A stretch of DNA of 64,000 nucleotides from Cenarchaeum sp. (GCA_965242695.1 CBDESU010000001.1:1984001-2048000), one strand, 5' to 3'. Counted from the first letter of the stretch, positions 1-9,940 are shown. Numbers and translations: made by a program. Notes: generated by a model not told the origin, from the sequence alone.

Positions 1-1
1 T

Positions 2-1165
2 GCAAAGAGGCACTCGGTCGACTTTGCGTTCGTCAACGCCGACCAGCCGCTGGCCAACGGTGTCGTCGATGCACTTCTGGAAGCCGGCATCCGCACGGCC
101 GGCGCAACGAGGGCCGCCTCGCGCATCGAGTGGGACAAGATATACTCGATGGGCCTCGTCGAGAGAGCCTGCCCCGAGATTGCGCCGTTCAACGTCGTGG
201 TGCGCAGCGCAACAGAGGCCGACGCGGCCGTCGAGCAGTTCAAGTCGCGCGGAATGCAGGTGGTCGTAAAGCCCGAGGGGCTCACCGGCGGCAAGGGCGT
301 AAGGGTCATGCCCGAGCACCTCGCAACGTACGGCGATGCGAATGCATACGCAAAGGAGCTCCTCGCAAGGGGCCGCCCCGGCGAGGGCGTGCTCCTGGTC
401 GAGAGGCTGGAGGGCGCCGAGTTTACGATAATGGGGATCACGGACGGCAGGCGCCTGGCCCTGGCCCCCGCAAGCTACGACTACCCGTACAGGCACGAGG
501 GCGACACGGGGCCCGGCACGGGCGGGATGGGCTGCTTTACCGAGGCGTCGGGCAGGCTGCCGTTCCTGTCGGATGCAGACGCGGAGCGGTGCCGCTCGGC
601 CATGGAAAGAACAATCAGGGCCATGCGGGACGAGGGGCACCCGTTCAACGGCGTCCTCAACGGGGGCTTCTTCAAGACGGCCGGAGGCATCCGGTTCATG
701 GAGTTCAACGCGCGCTTTGGCGACCCCGAAGTCCTCAACGTTCTCTCCGTAATGGAGGGATCGTTCTCAAGGGTCGTCGCCGGCCTGGCGGACGGCGATC
801 TGGCAGGGGGCGCCGTCAGGTTTGCCAAGAGGTCGAGCGTGACAAAGTACCTGGTGGCAAAAGAGTACCCCGGCGAGAGCGAGCATGCCATACCATTCTC
901 CGTCGACGAGGGCGCCGCGGCCGCGGCCGGCGTCGATACCATTCCCGCATCGTGCGTGCGCGTCGGCGAGGGCAGGTACGAGACCATACGCAAGTCTCGC
1001 GCGATGGCGTTCGGCGCCGTGGCCGGCACGGTGGAGGAGGCCGCCGGGATGGTCGACGCGGCGATAGACGGGCACTTTGACGGAAGGCTGGAGTATAGGC
1101 GCGACATCGGCTCGGCCGCCAACCTGGAGAGGCTCAGGGCGGCCGTTCCGGCCCCTGGATCCTGA
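2..1165 (+). CDS. purD: Phosphoribosylamine--glycine ligase (5' end outside window)
   Basis: Frame open from base 2 (AKRHSVDFAFVNADQPLANGVVDAL...); motifs VVKPEGLTGGKGV, GDTGPGTGGMG, EFNARFGDPE, YRRDIG. Confidence 0.93.
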   Translation, partial: AKRHSVDFAFVNADQPLANGVVDALLEAGIRTAGATRAASRIEWDKIYSMGLVERACPEIAPFNVVVRSATEADAAVEQFKSRGMQVVVKPEGLTGGKGVRVMPEHLATYGDANAYAKELLARGRPGEGVLLVERLEGAEFTIMGITDGRRLALAPASYDYPYRHEGDTGPGTGGMGCFTEASGRLPFLSDADAERCRSAMERTIRAMRDEGHPFNGVLNGGFFKTAGGIRFMEFNARFGDPEVLNVLSVMEGSFSRVVAGLADGDLAGGAVRFAKRSSVTKYLVAKEYPGESEHAIPFSVDEGAAAAAGVDTIPASCVRVGEGRYETIRKSRAMAFGAVAGTVEEAAGMVDAAIDGHFDGRLEYRRDIGSAANLERLRAAVPAPGS

Positions 1166-1175
1166 CGGCGCGCCG

Positions 1176-1802
1176 TCACGGGCTGGCCGCGGCGGCGGCG
1201 CCGCCCCGCGCCCGAAACACCCCCCTCTCGGTGACGACGCACTTGACGGGAACGTCCAAGGCGCCCGACGGCATGCTCCCGACGACCTGCTTGTGGAACG
1301 CCAGGGCCATCGTGCTGGACGTCTGGCCGCCCTCTCCCCCCGCCAGGAACCGGTCGTAGTAGCCGCCCCCGTACCCGAGCCTGTCCCCGCGTATGGTGAC
1401 CCCGACGGCCGGAACGATGACCAGGTCGGGGGAGGGGCACTCTGGGCACGACGCCCTCGGCTCCATTATCCCGAACATGCCGTCCCCGCCCCAGCCGCCG
1501 CGCTCGAGGCCTCGCAGGTCGCCGACTAGCCGGAACGCGATCGACCCGCCCGAGACGCGCGGCAGGCACACTCGCTTGCCGCGGCTTGCCGCCTCCTGCA
1601 TGATGTCCTGTGTGGGCACCTCGCTGCCCGTCGGGTAGTAGCAGGCTACCGTCGAGGCGGCGGCAAACTCTGGCGATGCCCTGACGCGCTCGAATATCCG
1701 GCGGCCGGCCAGCTGCGCCATCTCGTGCGATATCGAGTCGCGCCGGCGCAGGAGAAGCCTGCGCAGCGCGGCCTTGTCAGAGGCCGCGCCCATCGGCCCC
1801 AC
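1176..1802 (-). CDS. 5-formyltetrahydrofolate cyclo-ligase
   Basis: K..LR N-terminus, FGIMEP, DLVIVPAVG, GDRLGYGGGYYDRFL; overlaps folD. Confidence 0.92.
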   Translation of the reverse strand: MGPMGAASDKAALRRLLLRRRDSISHEMAQLAGRRIFERVRASPEFAAASTVACYYPTGSEVPTQDIMQEAASRGKRVCLPRVSGGSIAFRLVGDLRGLERGGWGGDGMFGIMEPRASCPECPSPDLVIVPAVGVTIRGDRLGYGGGYYDRFLAGGEGGQTSSTMALAFHKQVVGSMPSGALDVPVKCVVTERGVFRARGGAAAAASP

Positions 1803-2688
1803 GCCCGCCGCCGGCCCCGCCGGCCGTCCCGCCTGCGCGCGATGCGGCCGCCAGCGTGTTCCTCAGCAGCATCGCGACGGTCATCGGGCCGACGCCGCCG
1901 GGAACCGGCGTCGCGTACGACGCCCTCTCGATTATTCCGTCGTAGTCCGCATCGCCGGCCAGCCTCCCGTCGGCCTCCCTGGAAATGGCCACGTCGACGA
2001 CGACGGCTCCGTCCCGTATCATGTCGGCCGTGAGCGTGAATCTGTCCCTGTCGCCGACGGCGGTCACGACAATGTCGGCGCGCGCCGTGTGCGACGCCAG
2101 GCTCCTTGTCCTAGAGTGGCACACCGTAACGGTCGCATCCCTGCGCAGCAGGAGGTGAGCTAGCGGGCGCCCGACGAGCCCGCTCCTTCCCACGACGACC
2201 ACGTCCTTGCCGCGCAGCGCTATCCCGTAGTAGTCGAGGAGCTCTACGATGCCGGCCGGCGTGCACGGCACGAGCGCCGAGGATGCGGCCCCCGATGCGA
2301 GCAGGCCGGCGTTGTGCGCCGTAAGGCCGTCGACGTCCTTGGCAGGCGACACGAGCGAGACGGCCCGCTGCGCATCAAGGCCGCCCGGCAGGGGGAGCTG
2401 GACGAGTATCCCGTGGACGGCCCCGTCGGCGTTGAGCCCCCTGATCAGGCCGTCGAGCTCGTCCTGCCGCGCGCCGCCCTCAAGGCGGTGGTCGCGCGTC
2501 TCGATGCCCGCCCTTGTGCAGGCCCCGTGCTTGTTGCGCACGTATGTGGCCGACGCCGGATCGTCGCCTACGAGCACGGTGGCAAGACACGGCGCGATGC
2601 CGCCGGCGCGGAGGCGGGCCGCCTCGTCGGCCGCCGCGGCGACGACCTCGGCCGCCACGCGCTTGCCGTCCATGCGGATGCCGACCAT
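1777..2688 (-). CDS. folD: Bifunctional methylenetetrahydrofolate dehydrogenase/cyclohydrolase
   Basis: LVGDDPASATYVRNK, HGILVQLPLP, KDVDG, PCTP, GRSGLVGRP, TPVPGGVGPMTVAMLL. Confidence 0.96.
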   Translation of the reverse strand: MVGIRMDGKRVAAEVVAAAADEAARLRAGGIAPCLATVLVGDDPASATYVRNKHGACTRAGIETRDHRLEGGARQDELDGLIRGLNADGAVHGILVQLPLPGGLDAQRAVSLVSPAKDVDGLTAHNAGLLASGAASSALVPCTPAGIVELLDYYGIALRGKDVVVVGRSGLVGRPLAHLLLRRDATVTVCHSRTRSLASHTARADIVVTAVGDRDRFTLTADMIRDGAVVVDVAISREADGRLAGDADYDGIIERASYATPVPGGVGPMTVAMLLRNTLAAASRAGGTAGGAGGGRGADGRGL

Positions 2689-2973
2689 GCGCGGCGGCAG
2701 GCGGCGCCGTATTTATGGATGGGGTTGCCAAGGGGCGTGCGCCTGCGGCCGATCCTGGCGGCGTTTGGCGGCGTGCAGGCAGCGCGTGGAGGCGGGCGCG
2801 CCGCTAGTTCGCTCGGGGAGGCTCGGGCGTGCTGGGCGTCGAGGTTGTGCGGGGGCGGGATCGAGGGGCCGCCGCCCGTCGAGACCGGGACGCACTGGTG
2901 GCACGATCGGCGGCATCTGCACGTCCGAGAGGGTTTATAACCATCTACCCGTGGTGCAGGCTGTCGAATCAGC

Positions 2974-3375
2974 ATGACAATGATGAGTTTGTGGCTGTCG
3001 AGGCTCTGCACGGGCAGGGAGTCGCTAAGTCAAATACGCGATGTCCTTGCAAAGGCCAAGGCTGGAGGCGGCGCATACATGCCGTCGGCGCAGGAGCAGA
3101 AAGACGTTCTGGCCGTCCTCACGCCCCTAGCCAATGCCGTCAACGACAGGTTCATTTTCTCGCATCGCGTGAACGCCGCAGAGCTTGCCGCACTGTTGCG
3201 GGAGCAACACCGCGACGGCTGGGCAGAATGCAGGGATGCAGTGACGGAGGCTGAGGCCAGGATCAGTTCCAACAACGGGCCGCTTGACAGCGACGATGTG
3301 TTGGCCCTGCGCCTTGTAGCCGACGCACTAGATGAGCAGTGTGCCAACCTGTGGGCCAGGACAGGCGGGTACTGA
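2974..3375 (+). CDS. Hypothetical helical protein, first gene of a lower-GC two-gene insert
   Basis: 133-aa ORF with protein-like composition; TTTATAA at ~2934-2940 upstream; stop overlaps the next ATG (TGATG). Confidence 0.7.
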   Translation: MTMMSLWLSRLCTGRESLSQIRDVLAKAKAGGGAYMPSAQEQKDVLAVLTPLANAVNDRFIFSHRVNAAELAALLREQHRDGWAECRDAVTEAEARISSNNGPLDSDDVLALRLVADALDEQCANLWARTGGY

Positions 3376-4531
3376 TGCCCATACCTACGGACTATGCAGA
3401 TGCGTTGATATGCGAGGAGATTGCAAGAACCCGCGCCATGATGGGGCTTGTCCCTTACCCACTCAAGATGGCGCCCTTGAGGGGCTGGCAGAGAGGTGCA
3501 CATACGTCTTAAAGGAGGGCGCCTCTACACTCGAGTCACTGCGCACGGATGTCCGTTCCGGCGGCGATGTCGGAGCCGTCATGGAGGGCGTGAGCTTGTG
3601 CATTACGAGCATCCTAGACATTGAAGAGTACGGCCTGCCCCCGCTACAGTGCCAGACCAATGAAATGGCCCTGCTCAACGTGGTCCTACGCAGACTGCAT
3701 GACGAAATGTCGCTCCCCTTTCCGCGCCCGACGGCCTGCTGCATCTCCAACCAGCACTACGCTTCGCACATTCCGACCAACACCATATACACGCCCATAG
3801 GCGAATCGAGGTCCATTCAACACTTTCCGCACCTATACCATGAGCTCGGTCACTACCTGTTCTATGCCCTCGAAGATCCTAGGCTGATGCCGTTGCGCGA
3901 GGGGTTTAAGCAGGCTGCAGCCACGGTCAATGCGCACTACACAGGCCTAGAGCAGGACGGGACAGAGACACACAATCGTCCGCACACAAAGGGCTTCGCA
4001 ACGCAGGTGCGCGCGCAGTGGACAGAGTGGCTCATAGAGGCCCTGTGCGACCTGCTCGGGGTGTTCGGCGGGGGGCCGGCCAGCGCATGGGCGTACCTGC
4101 ACATGGTGGCCAAGAGGCGCTTTCCCGTGTACGGGCTGGGTGCGCTTGTGCCGCAGTCGCACCCTCCCAGCGACGCAAGAATGGCGATGATGTGCGCAGG
4201 GCTGAGGCTGTCCGGATTCGTCAAGGATGCGGACGTGATATGGGCCAGGTGGAAGGATGTGGTGGACACGGTCGACGGATCGCCGGACGCAATGTACCGG
4301 CATGTGGCTCCAGAGGGCCTCCTGCGCGACATAGTGTGCATCATCTACGAGTCGCTCGGCAAGACGAGCGTGGTCATGTACGATCCCGGCTCGCGCGGGA
4401 GGGAAGGCTCAAGCATGCGCACACTGCTCAACGATGCGTGGGACGTCTTTTGGCGGTCGCGGGAGGGCGAGTACCAGGAATGGGAGGCGGCCGAACTGGA
4501 CAGGCTAGTCCGAATGGCGGCGCAGACGTAG
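3375..4531 (+). pseudogene. HExxH zinc metallopeptidase-like protein (gluzincin/M48-like), apparently frameshifted near 3462-3466
   Basis: HLYHELGHY, IEALCD and SHPP..R lie in the 3332-4531 frame. The coupled ATG at 3375 reads MPIPTDYADALICEEIARTRAMMGLVPYPL in another frame and joins DGALEGLAERC if one base is added at CTC AAG AT. Confidence 0.6.
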
Positions 4532-4576
4532 CCGGCAGATCCGGCTGCGGCTGCGGCTGCAGGGCCGTGCCGGCCG

Positions 4577-5941
4577 CTACTGCCCTCCGGACATCTCGAC
4601 GCCGGCGCCAATCCGGCGCAGTTCGTCAAAGTACGACGGGTACGATATCGAGACGCTGCCGGCATCGCGCACGACGGCGCCGGATGCGCCGGATGCGAGC
4701 CCCGCAAGCGACAGGGCCATGGCCACGCGGTGGTCCGACACGCCCCTGCCGCCGTCGGCGCTAAAGTCGTAGCGCGGCATGCCGGCTACGGGCGGCCTGC
4801 CGTGCACGGTCATCTCGTCGCGCCCCGACTCGGTGCGCACGCCGTGCCGGCCGAGCTCCCTCTCGATCACGGCTATGCGATCGGTCTCCTTTGTGCGGAT
4901 CTGCGGCATGCCGTGCAGCCGGGTCGAGCCCGAGGCGTGCGCGCCAAGGACGGCCATTACCGGAAACAGGTCCGGCGTGGCCGACAGGTCTGCCTCGATC
5001 CCCTCCAGTGCGAACGGGCCTCGCACGCGCAGATCCGCGCCGCCGGTGCGCTCCTCTATCGCAGCGCCCATCCGGCGCAGCAGGCCGACGATCGCGCGGT
5101 CACCCTGCCGGTCGCCCGGGTCGAGGCCGCGGACGGTCACGTCGGACTCGGCCAGGCAGGCGGCGGCTAGAAAGAACGCCGCCTGCGAGTAGTCGCCCGG
5201 CACCTCGTACACGGCCGGCGGGGACGGCCTCTGCCCGCTCTCCACAAAAAACGTGCCGGCCGCATAGTCGGCGTCCACCCGCATGCCGAACGCCCCGAGC
5301 GCCTCGACGGTCATCTCCACGTACGGCCTCGAGACTAGCGGCCCGCGCACCTCGACCGCAGTGTCGGAAGAGGCCAGGCCGGCGGCGATCAGCAGGGCCG
5401 AGACGTGCTGCGAGCTCTCCCCGGCCTTGACGGCCGCCGTCCCGCCTGCGATCCCGCCGCCTGCCATGATCGGCGCGTACACCTCGGGCCTGCCGCGGGC
5501 ATCATCGCGCCGCTCCCCGTCTGCCGCGGCCCCGAGCGAGCGGAGGGCCCCGACAAGCGCCCCCGTCGGCCGGGTCCGCAGCGACGCGTCCCCCGTGACG
5601 GTCACGCGGCCCGTCGACAGGGCGGCCATGGCGACGACGATGCGCAGGGCCGTTCCCGAGTTGCCCACGCTTACAGTGCACGACGCCGACGGCTTCCCGG
5701 CCCCGAGGCCGCGCACGCGAAAGGAGCGGGAACCGGCATCGACGCGCGCGCCGAGCGCGCGGCAGGCTCCCGCCATGGCGCGGTTTGCGTCAGAGTCAGA
5801 CGCGTTTGCAATCTCGACATCCCCGCCGTACAGCGTCGCGGCAGCCAGCGCCCTGTGCGTGTACGACTTTGACCCCGGGGCCGTGACGATTCCGCGCAGG
5901 CCGTCCGCCGGCGGGCGGACCAGCGCATCCGTGCGGATCAC
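4577..5941 (-). CDS. aroA: 3-phosphoshikimate 1-carboxyvinyltransferase (EPSP synthase)
   Basis: PGSKSYTHR, GNSGTALR, GDASLRTRP, SSQHVSALL, VPGDYS, KETDRI, DHRVAM; GTG start at 5941 overlaps the upstream TGA. Confidence 0.95.
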   Translation of the reverse strand: MIRTDALVRPPADGLRGIVTAPGSKSYTHRALAAATLYGGDVEIANASDSDANRAMAGACRALGARVDAGSRSFRVRGLGAGKPSASCTVSVGNSGTALRIVVAMAALSTGRVTVTGDASLRTRPTGALVGALRSLGAAADGERRDDARGRPEVYAPIMAGGGIAGGTAAVKAGESSQHVSALLIAAGLASSDTAVEVRGPLVSRPYVEMTVEALGAFGMRVDADYAAGTFFVESGQRPSPPAVYEVPGDYSQAAFFLAAACLAESDVTVRGLDPGDRQGDRAIVGLLRRMGAAIEERTGGADLRVRGPFALEGIEADLSATPDLFPVMAVLGAHASGSTRLHGMPQIRTKETDRIAVIERELGRHGVRTESGRDEMTVHGRPPVAGMPRYDFSADGGRGVSDHRVAMALSLAGLASGASGAVVRDAGSVSISYPSYFDELRRIGAGVEMSGGQ

Positions 5942-6918
5942 CGGCTGCGCGGCGCGGCGCGAAACGAGGCGCGGCCCGGGCGGCGGCCGCTTGCCGCCCC
6001 TGGCGCGGGGGCGGGGGCCGCGGCGTACAGGCCGGCCGCGAGCAGCAGGGCAAGGGCCGCGGCTCCGTGCTGGAGCGGGGCGGCGTTCGCGTCCCCCTCG
6101 TCGCCCGGCGCGGCTACGGCGACTGCCGGCGCGATGAGCGCCTTCACCGCGTCGCGCAGCGCAGGGCTCTGCCGCTCGAGGTCGGCGACGGCCGGCGAGA
6201 ACGCATAGTACGCAAAGCTCAGGGCCGAGACCAGGTCGCGGCCGGGCCACGACGCGAGCGGCGGCACCTCGCGCAGCTCGCGCAGGCGCTGCACCTGCGG
6301 GGCCAGTTCCGTTCCGTATGCGGCGGTCGCAATCAGGCAGCCGCCACCGCCCTCCGGCCCGCCGCCATCTTCGGCCGGCGCCGGGTCGGGCGGGTCGGGG
6401 GCGCGCGTCGCGGTCGGAGGCACGCAGGGGGAATCCTCGGCGGGCGGCGGGCCGGCCGTCACGTTGATCGTAAACGACCTCTTGAGCTTTATCGTCTGCG
6501 TCGCCGACTCTTCCTTTGCCGCGGTGACGGCCCCGCCGTACGATCCGGCAGGCGTGCCGTCGGGCACCGCTGTGCGCAGGGTCGTAAACTGGCGCGGCGT
6601 GTCGGCGGTGAGGACGAGCGACGGCGGGTCCAGCTCGACAAACTCGGCCGCCTCGCCTGCCACCTCGAAGACGACCGTCATTCCGGCCGGCGGTATCGCA
6701 AGGACGTCCCGCTCGCTGACGACAAACCGCGACTCGGCGCAGCCGCCGGCCGGCAGCGACTTGTCCATCGGGAGGGACGGGCTCATCTCGTACGCGAACG
6801 CGGCGTCGGCAGGCGGCGCGGCGGCCAAGTGGCCGGCAAGGGCCGCCACTACAGCGGCGGCCGCTAGCAGCGCCGCGTGAGGGCGGGACGGGGCGCCGGG
6901 GCGCCGCAGAGGTTGCAT
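5938..6918 (-). CDS. Secreted CFI-box-CTERM domain protein
   Basis: Signal-peptide-like N-terminus, beta-rich domain, Pro-rich linker, GGGCLIATAAYGTELAPQVQRLRELR, C-terminal hydrophobic helix; TTTATA ~30 nt upstream of ATG 6918. Confidence 0.85.
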   Translation of the reverse strand: MQPLRRPGAPSRPHAALLAAAAVVAALAGHLAAAPPADAAFAYEMSPSLPMDKSLPAGGCAESRFVVSERDVLAIPPAGMTVVFEVAGEAAEFVELDPPSLVLTADTPRQFTTLRTAVPDGTPAGSYGGAVTAAKEESATQTIKLKRSFTINVTAGPPPAEDSPCVPPTATRAPDPPDPAPAEDGGGPEGGGGCLIATAAYGTELAPQVQRLRELREVPPLASWPGRDLVSALSFAYYAFSPAVADLERQSPALRDAVKALIAPAVAVAAPGDEGDANAAPLQHGAAALALLLAAGLYAAAPAPAPGAASGRRPGRASFRAAPRSR

Positions 6919-7012
6919 GGGCGCGCGGCGCGGCCAAACCATTTCGTATAAACCGTGCGGGGCGCGGCGCGGCGCGGCGCGGCGGACAGGCACGCCCCTC
7001 CACCCGCCCGGC

Positions 7013-7240
7013 CTACGGCCACCGCCCCTCCTCCTCGGCCTTGTAGATGGCATTGTTGATCTGCGAGAGGAGTTTTTTCTTTGACCGCGCCGCCCTTCTG
7101 CTGTGGCCGTAGTCGTGCACCTCGACGAGCGACTGAAGGCGCTTGAGATCGGCCAGTCCGAGCCGCTTGAAGCCGCGCCTCGAGACCTCGTCGAGAAGCC
7201 GCACGCGATCCCTGTCGTCGTCGGTGACCCTGTAGTCCAT
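7013..7240 (-). CDS. Small basic hypothetical protein
   Basis: 75-aa ORF with host-like codon use; TTAAA box ~25 nt upstream. Confidence 0.75.
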   Translation of the reverse strand: MDYRVTDDDRDRVRLLDEVSRRGFKRLGLADLKRLQSLVEVHDYGHSRRAARSKKKLLSQINNAIYKAEEEGRWP

Positions 7241-7559
7241 GCCCCGCCGTCCTGCACGCCGCCTTTAAGCGTATGTGTGGATGCAGGGTGGTCAAGCGCG
7301 AGGCAGTGATGTCCGTGACCATCGGTTGGACGATCGTGGGAATGCCGCGCCAAGTAGCAGAAGCATTCCACGGACCGAGGTTGCCCACAGGAGGATCGCT
7401 GCAGAGCCTACATCGTGCAGTGTCCCCCTCCCCCCCCCCCCGCCCGCCCGCCCGCCCGCCCGCCCGCCGCCGCCGCGGCGGCGGCGGCGGCGGCAAGCGC
7501 CCGGTCGCGGGTCCAGGAGGGCTGTCGGTTGTTTTTCAAGGATGTGAATAATTGATGCA

Positions 7560-8404
7560 TCAGCCCAGCGTAGTCTGTACCTTTCGCTCCTCTACAATCT
7601 CTTGGCATATCGCCTGGAATTTTTGGAGTGTGGTAGTAGGTATTCGGCCTTCTAGACTTTTGTCCTTGATCGCCTTGAGTTCATCGCGTTCCAAAACGGT
7701 TCTAAGCGTCTTTTTCACTCTATTGCGAAGATCGTTACGGTGTTTTCTCCCATGTACTTGTACTTCGGATGTACAGCCTTTAGAAGATCAGTCAACGTCT
7801 CATGCTTGGTAAGGTCAGAGAGTGACTTTGGATGGCTTTTACGAACCCAAGCCAGTAGCCCAACCATGACGTGCAGAAGTATGAGAGGATCGTCGTCACA
7901 AGCTGAGAAAGGGTAGAACAGCATAGGTTCAAACTTGCTTGAAAGACTGCTTTGCTTGCACAGACTTTGGTTAAGATGGTCATGCCCAAAATCGCCCCTG
8001 CCTTCGACAAATTTCCTTCCAAACAAGACAAACGGTAGATCGGTGTGGTTCCTTAGAGCGCCATAGTTGGAATCGTTCGCAACGTAGCATGTAGACAATG
8101 TGAGGCGTGCTTTCTCTCGGACGTCAATCCAATTGAAAAGGTGCTCTGCCCTAATACTTTTGTACCTATCATCCTGGTCACGGTCTATGTTGTTCCCGCT
8201 TTTACAATCAACTACGACTGAATGCAGGAGTTTGTCGGATACGACGACGACGTCCGGTGTCACTCCATCGGTTTTTGTACTGATCTTTTGTTCCACGAGC
8301 TTGACACGGTACCCCAGTTCGTACATGACGGAGGGCCAATAGTCGACGTTGCTGCACAGGCCGATAAACTTGTTCATAAGCCTTGTGTGGGCGTTAGCGT
8401 ACAA
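7560..8404 (-). pseudogene. PD-(D/E)xK nuclease-like protein with one frameshift at ~7749-7751
   Basis: VTPDVVVVSDKLLHSVVVDCKSG; TTG start after GGTGGAG. Adding one G at ATG-GG-AGA extends the ORF to MGRKHRNDL...EERKVQTTLG*, which aligns with the paralogue at 63612-64000. Confidence 0.7.
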
Positions 8405-9518
8405 GTTGCTCCACCTGCCTGCACCTAATGAGGGTTCCAAAGCGATCCTGGAGGTTGCACAGCAGACGCATGATCGTATTGCCGCAGCTGTTCTCGGAAA
8501 GATAGACGCGCATCATATTTGCGGCGATCTCAAAGTTAATCGGATCGCCCGTATGAAGGTCGAGCCCCGCCACGCGGTAATACCCTTCATCAACCTCCGA
8601 CTTCAAGCCCCAAAGCCGAAACGGTCTAGTCGAGTCAAACAAGCGTGTTATAAAACGGTTTGTGTCCTGAAGCGGCTCTTTAAAGTCGAAGTGGAGGGGT
8701 TCGCCTCCGATCACCGTCTCGCCGTTATGACGTGACGAGCCAAGTCTGCACTCTTCAATCCCTTCAACCGTATTTGTATACAACGCTTTTGCCGAGTCGA
8801 CCAAATGGAGGTGATCTTGGACAGACGTGCCGCGCTTCACCGCAAAGTACCCCTCCTTGCCAATGTCATCATGGACATAGTCGGACAGTCTCGCCTCTTC
8901 ACCGCGCATAAGCCGAATTTTCCTATAAGCTATTGTCCCTGCCAGGTGTGGGTTTTGCATCATATGGCCCTCTATCTCCCTGGCCATGGAGCCATTGATG
9001 TTCATGTTAAGGTCGTCGACGCCGCGCGGTCGATCTTCATCGAGAAAGCCGCTCGCATATTTGACGCCGAACCCCCGAAATGTGCCGGCGCCAGACTTTT
9101 TGGCCAGGGCCTTGAGCAACGAGTCGGACAGCCACATTCTGTCTAGCGGATGTCGATCCATGTCTGTGATCGCGGTGACCGCCCGACCCGCCTCATCGGA
9201 CCGGGCAGTAGTGTGGAGCACGTGGAACCGCTTGTCGGAAACATCGGCATAGAATTCGCACACAGTGTCGCCGACATGGGTTCGCATGATCTTCATCTTG
9301 TCAATCCCCGTATCTGTCAGCTCCCAACTGGCACCATCCGACTTGCCCGACCGCGGGATGCCAGAGTCTGCCTCGACTACGTAGGCCTTCAGCTCGCGCA
9401 ACCCGTCTTGGTCATGCGGCCCGTCATCCTCATCCTGGGGCGGGCTGATCTTGTTGCCAAGATAGTCCATAAACTCTTTTCGCGTCTGGACCTTTGGAAG
9501 GGACAAATCGTGTGTCAT
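8394..9518 (-). CDS. Hypothetical protein (374 aa), partner of the downstream nuclease-like gene
   Basis: Long ORF in a lower-GC insert; GGTGAT SD-like motif before ATG; overlaps the downstream gene; C-terminal LWG...LDLHTG...CGNTIMRL...FG. Confidence 0.85.
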   Translation of the reverse strand: MTHDLSLPKVQTRKEFMDYLGNKISPPQDEDDGPHDQDGLRELKAYVVEADSGIPRSGKSDGASWELTDTGIDKMKIMRTHVGDTVCEFYADVSDKRFHVLHTTARSDEAGRAVTAITDMDRHPLDRMWLSDSLLKALAKKSGAGTFRGFGVKYASGFLDEDRPRGVDDLNMNINGSMAREIEGHMMQNPHLAGTIAYRKIRLMRGEEARLSDYVHDDIGKEGYFAVKRGTSVQDHLHLVDSAKALYTNTVEGIEECRLGSSRHNGETVIGGEPLHFDFKEPLQDTNRFITRLFDSTRPFRLWGLKSEVDEGYYRVAGLDLHTGDPINFEIAANMMRVYLSENSCGNTIMRLLCNLQDRFGTLIRCRQVEQLVR

Positions 9519-9634
9519 CTCAGATCACCGCCTAGCGCATTCAGGCGATGGGTCGTGGCATCCCGCGCCCCCTTTCCATCCAGCGTCCCCTCCAGATCCA
9601 TGCCGGCCCGTGCTGCTAGCCACCCTACACACAT
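9515..9634 (-). CDS. Possible 39-aa leader ORF or gene remnant
   Basis: ATG ~25 nt after the palindromic GTATTAATAC (9656-9665); stop overlaps the ATG of 9518 (ATGA). Confidence 0.3.
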   Translation of the reverse strand: MCVGWLAARAGMDLEGTLDGKGARDATTHRLNALGGDLR

Positions 9635-9940
9635 GCAGGGTTGCCCCACTAGGCAGTATTAATACCCAACATGGCGCGTGCAAGCCGGGCTGTACAACCC
9701 GGCAGACTGCCGGCGCTCCACCTCAGTGACAGAGCGGCCACGGGGTGCATCTCCAACCTTGCTAGGGATGATCTCCTACACCCAACCGTGTGGCAGGGGG
9801 AAGGGCGGCGATCGGCGCACGGATGGGCCGATGCCCGCCCAGATGGCCCAGCCGCCGCCTGACCATCACGATTGCCGGAGGGATTACAGCTCGCACCTCG
9901 GCACTCAACCTAGAAATACCGCCCCTCGTCGCGGCCCCGC

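Noticed and set aside
2-2688. Folate-dependent genes clustered with purD in an archaeon
   Set aside because: Ordinary housekeeping content for this lineage as far as I know; host-like composition.
4577-7371. 808-aa aroA and 477-aa CFI-box ORFs suggesting N-terminal fusions
   Set aside because: The extensions run through neighbouring genes; starts at 5941 and 6918 fit gene coupling and TATA spacing.
6960-7500. GCGCG/CGCC/GGC short repeats (also 63443-63463)
   Set aside because: Low-complexity GC-rich sequence without spacers or consistent structure.
9540-9940. Possible second array upstream of cassette A
   Set aside because: Only one 12-nt match (ACAACCCGGCAG) to the 63-kb repeat; no periodicity.
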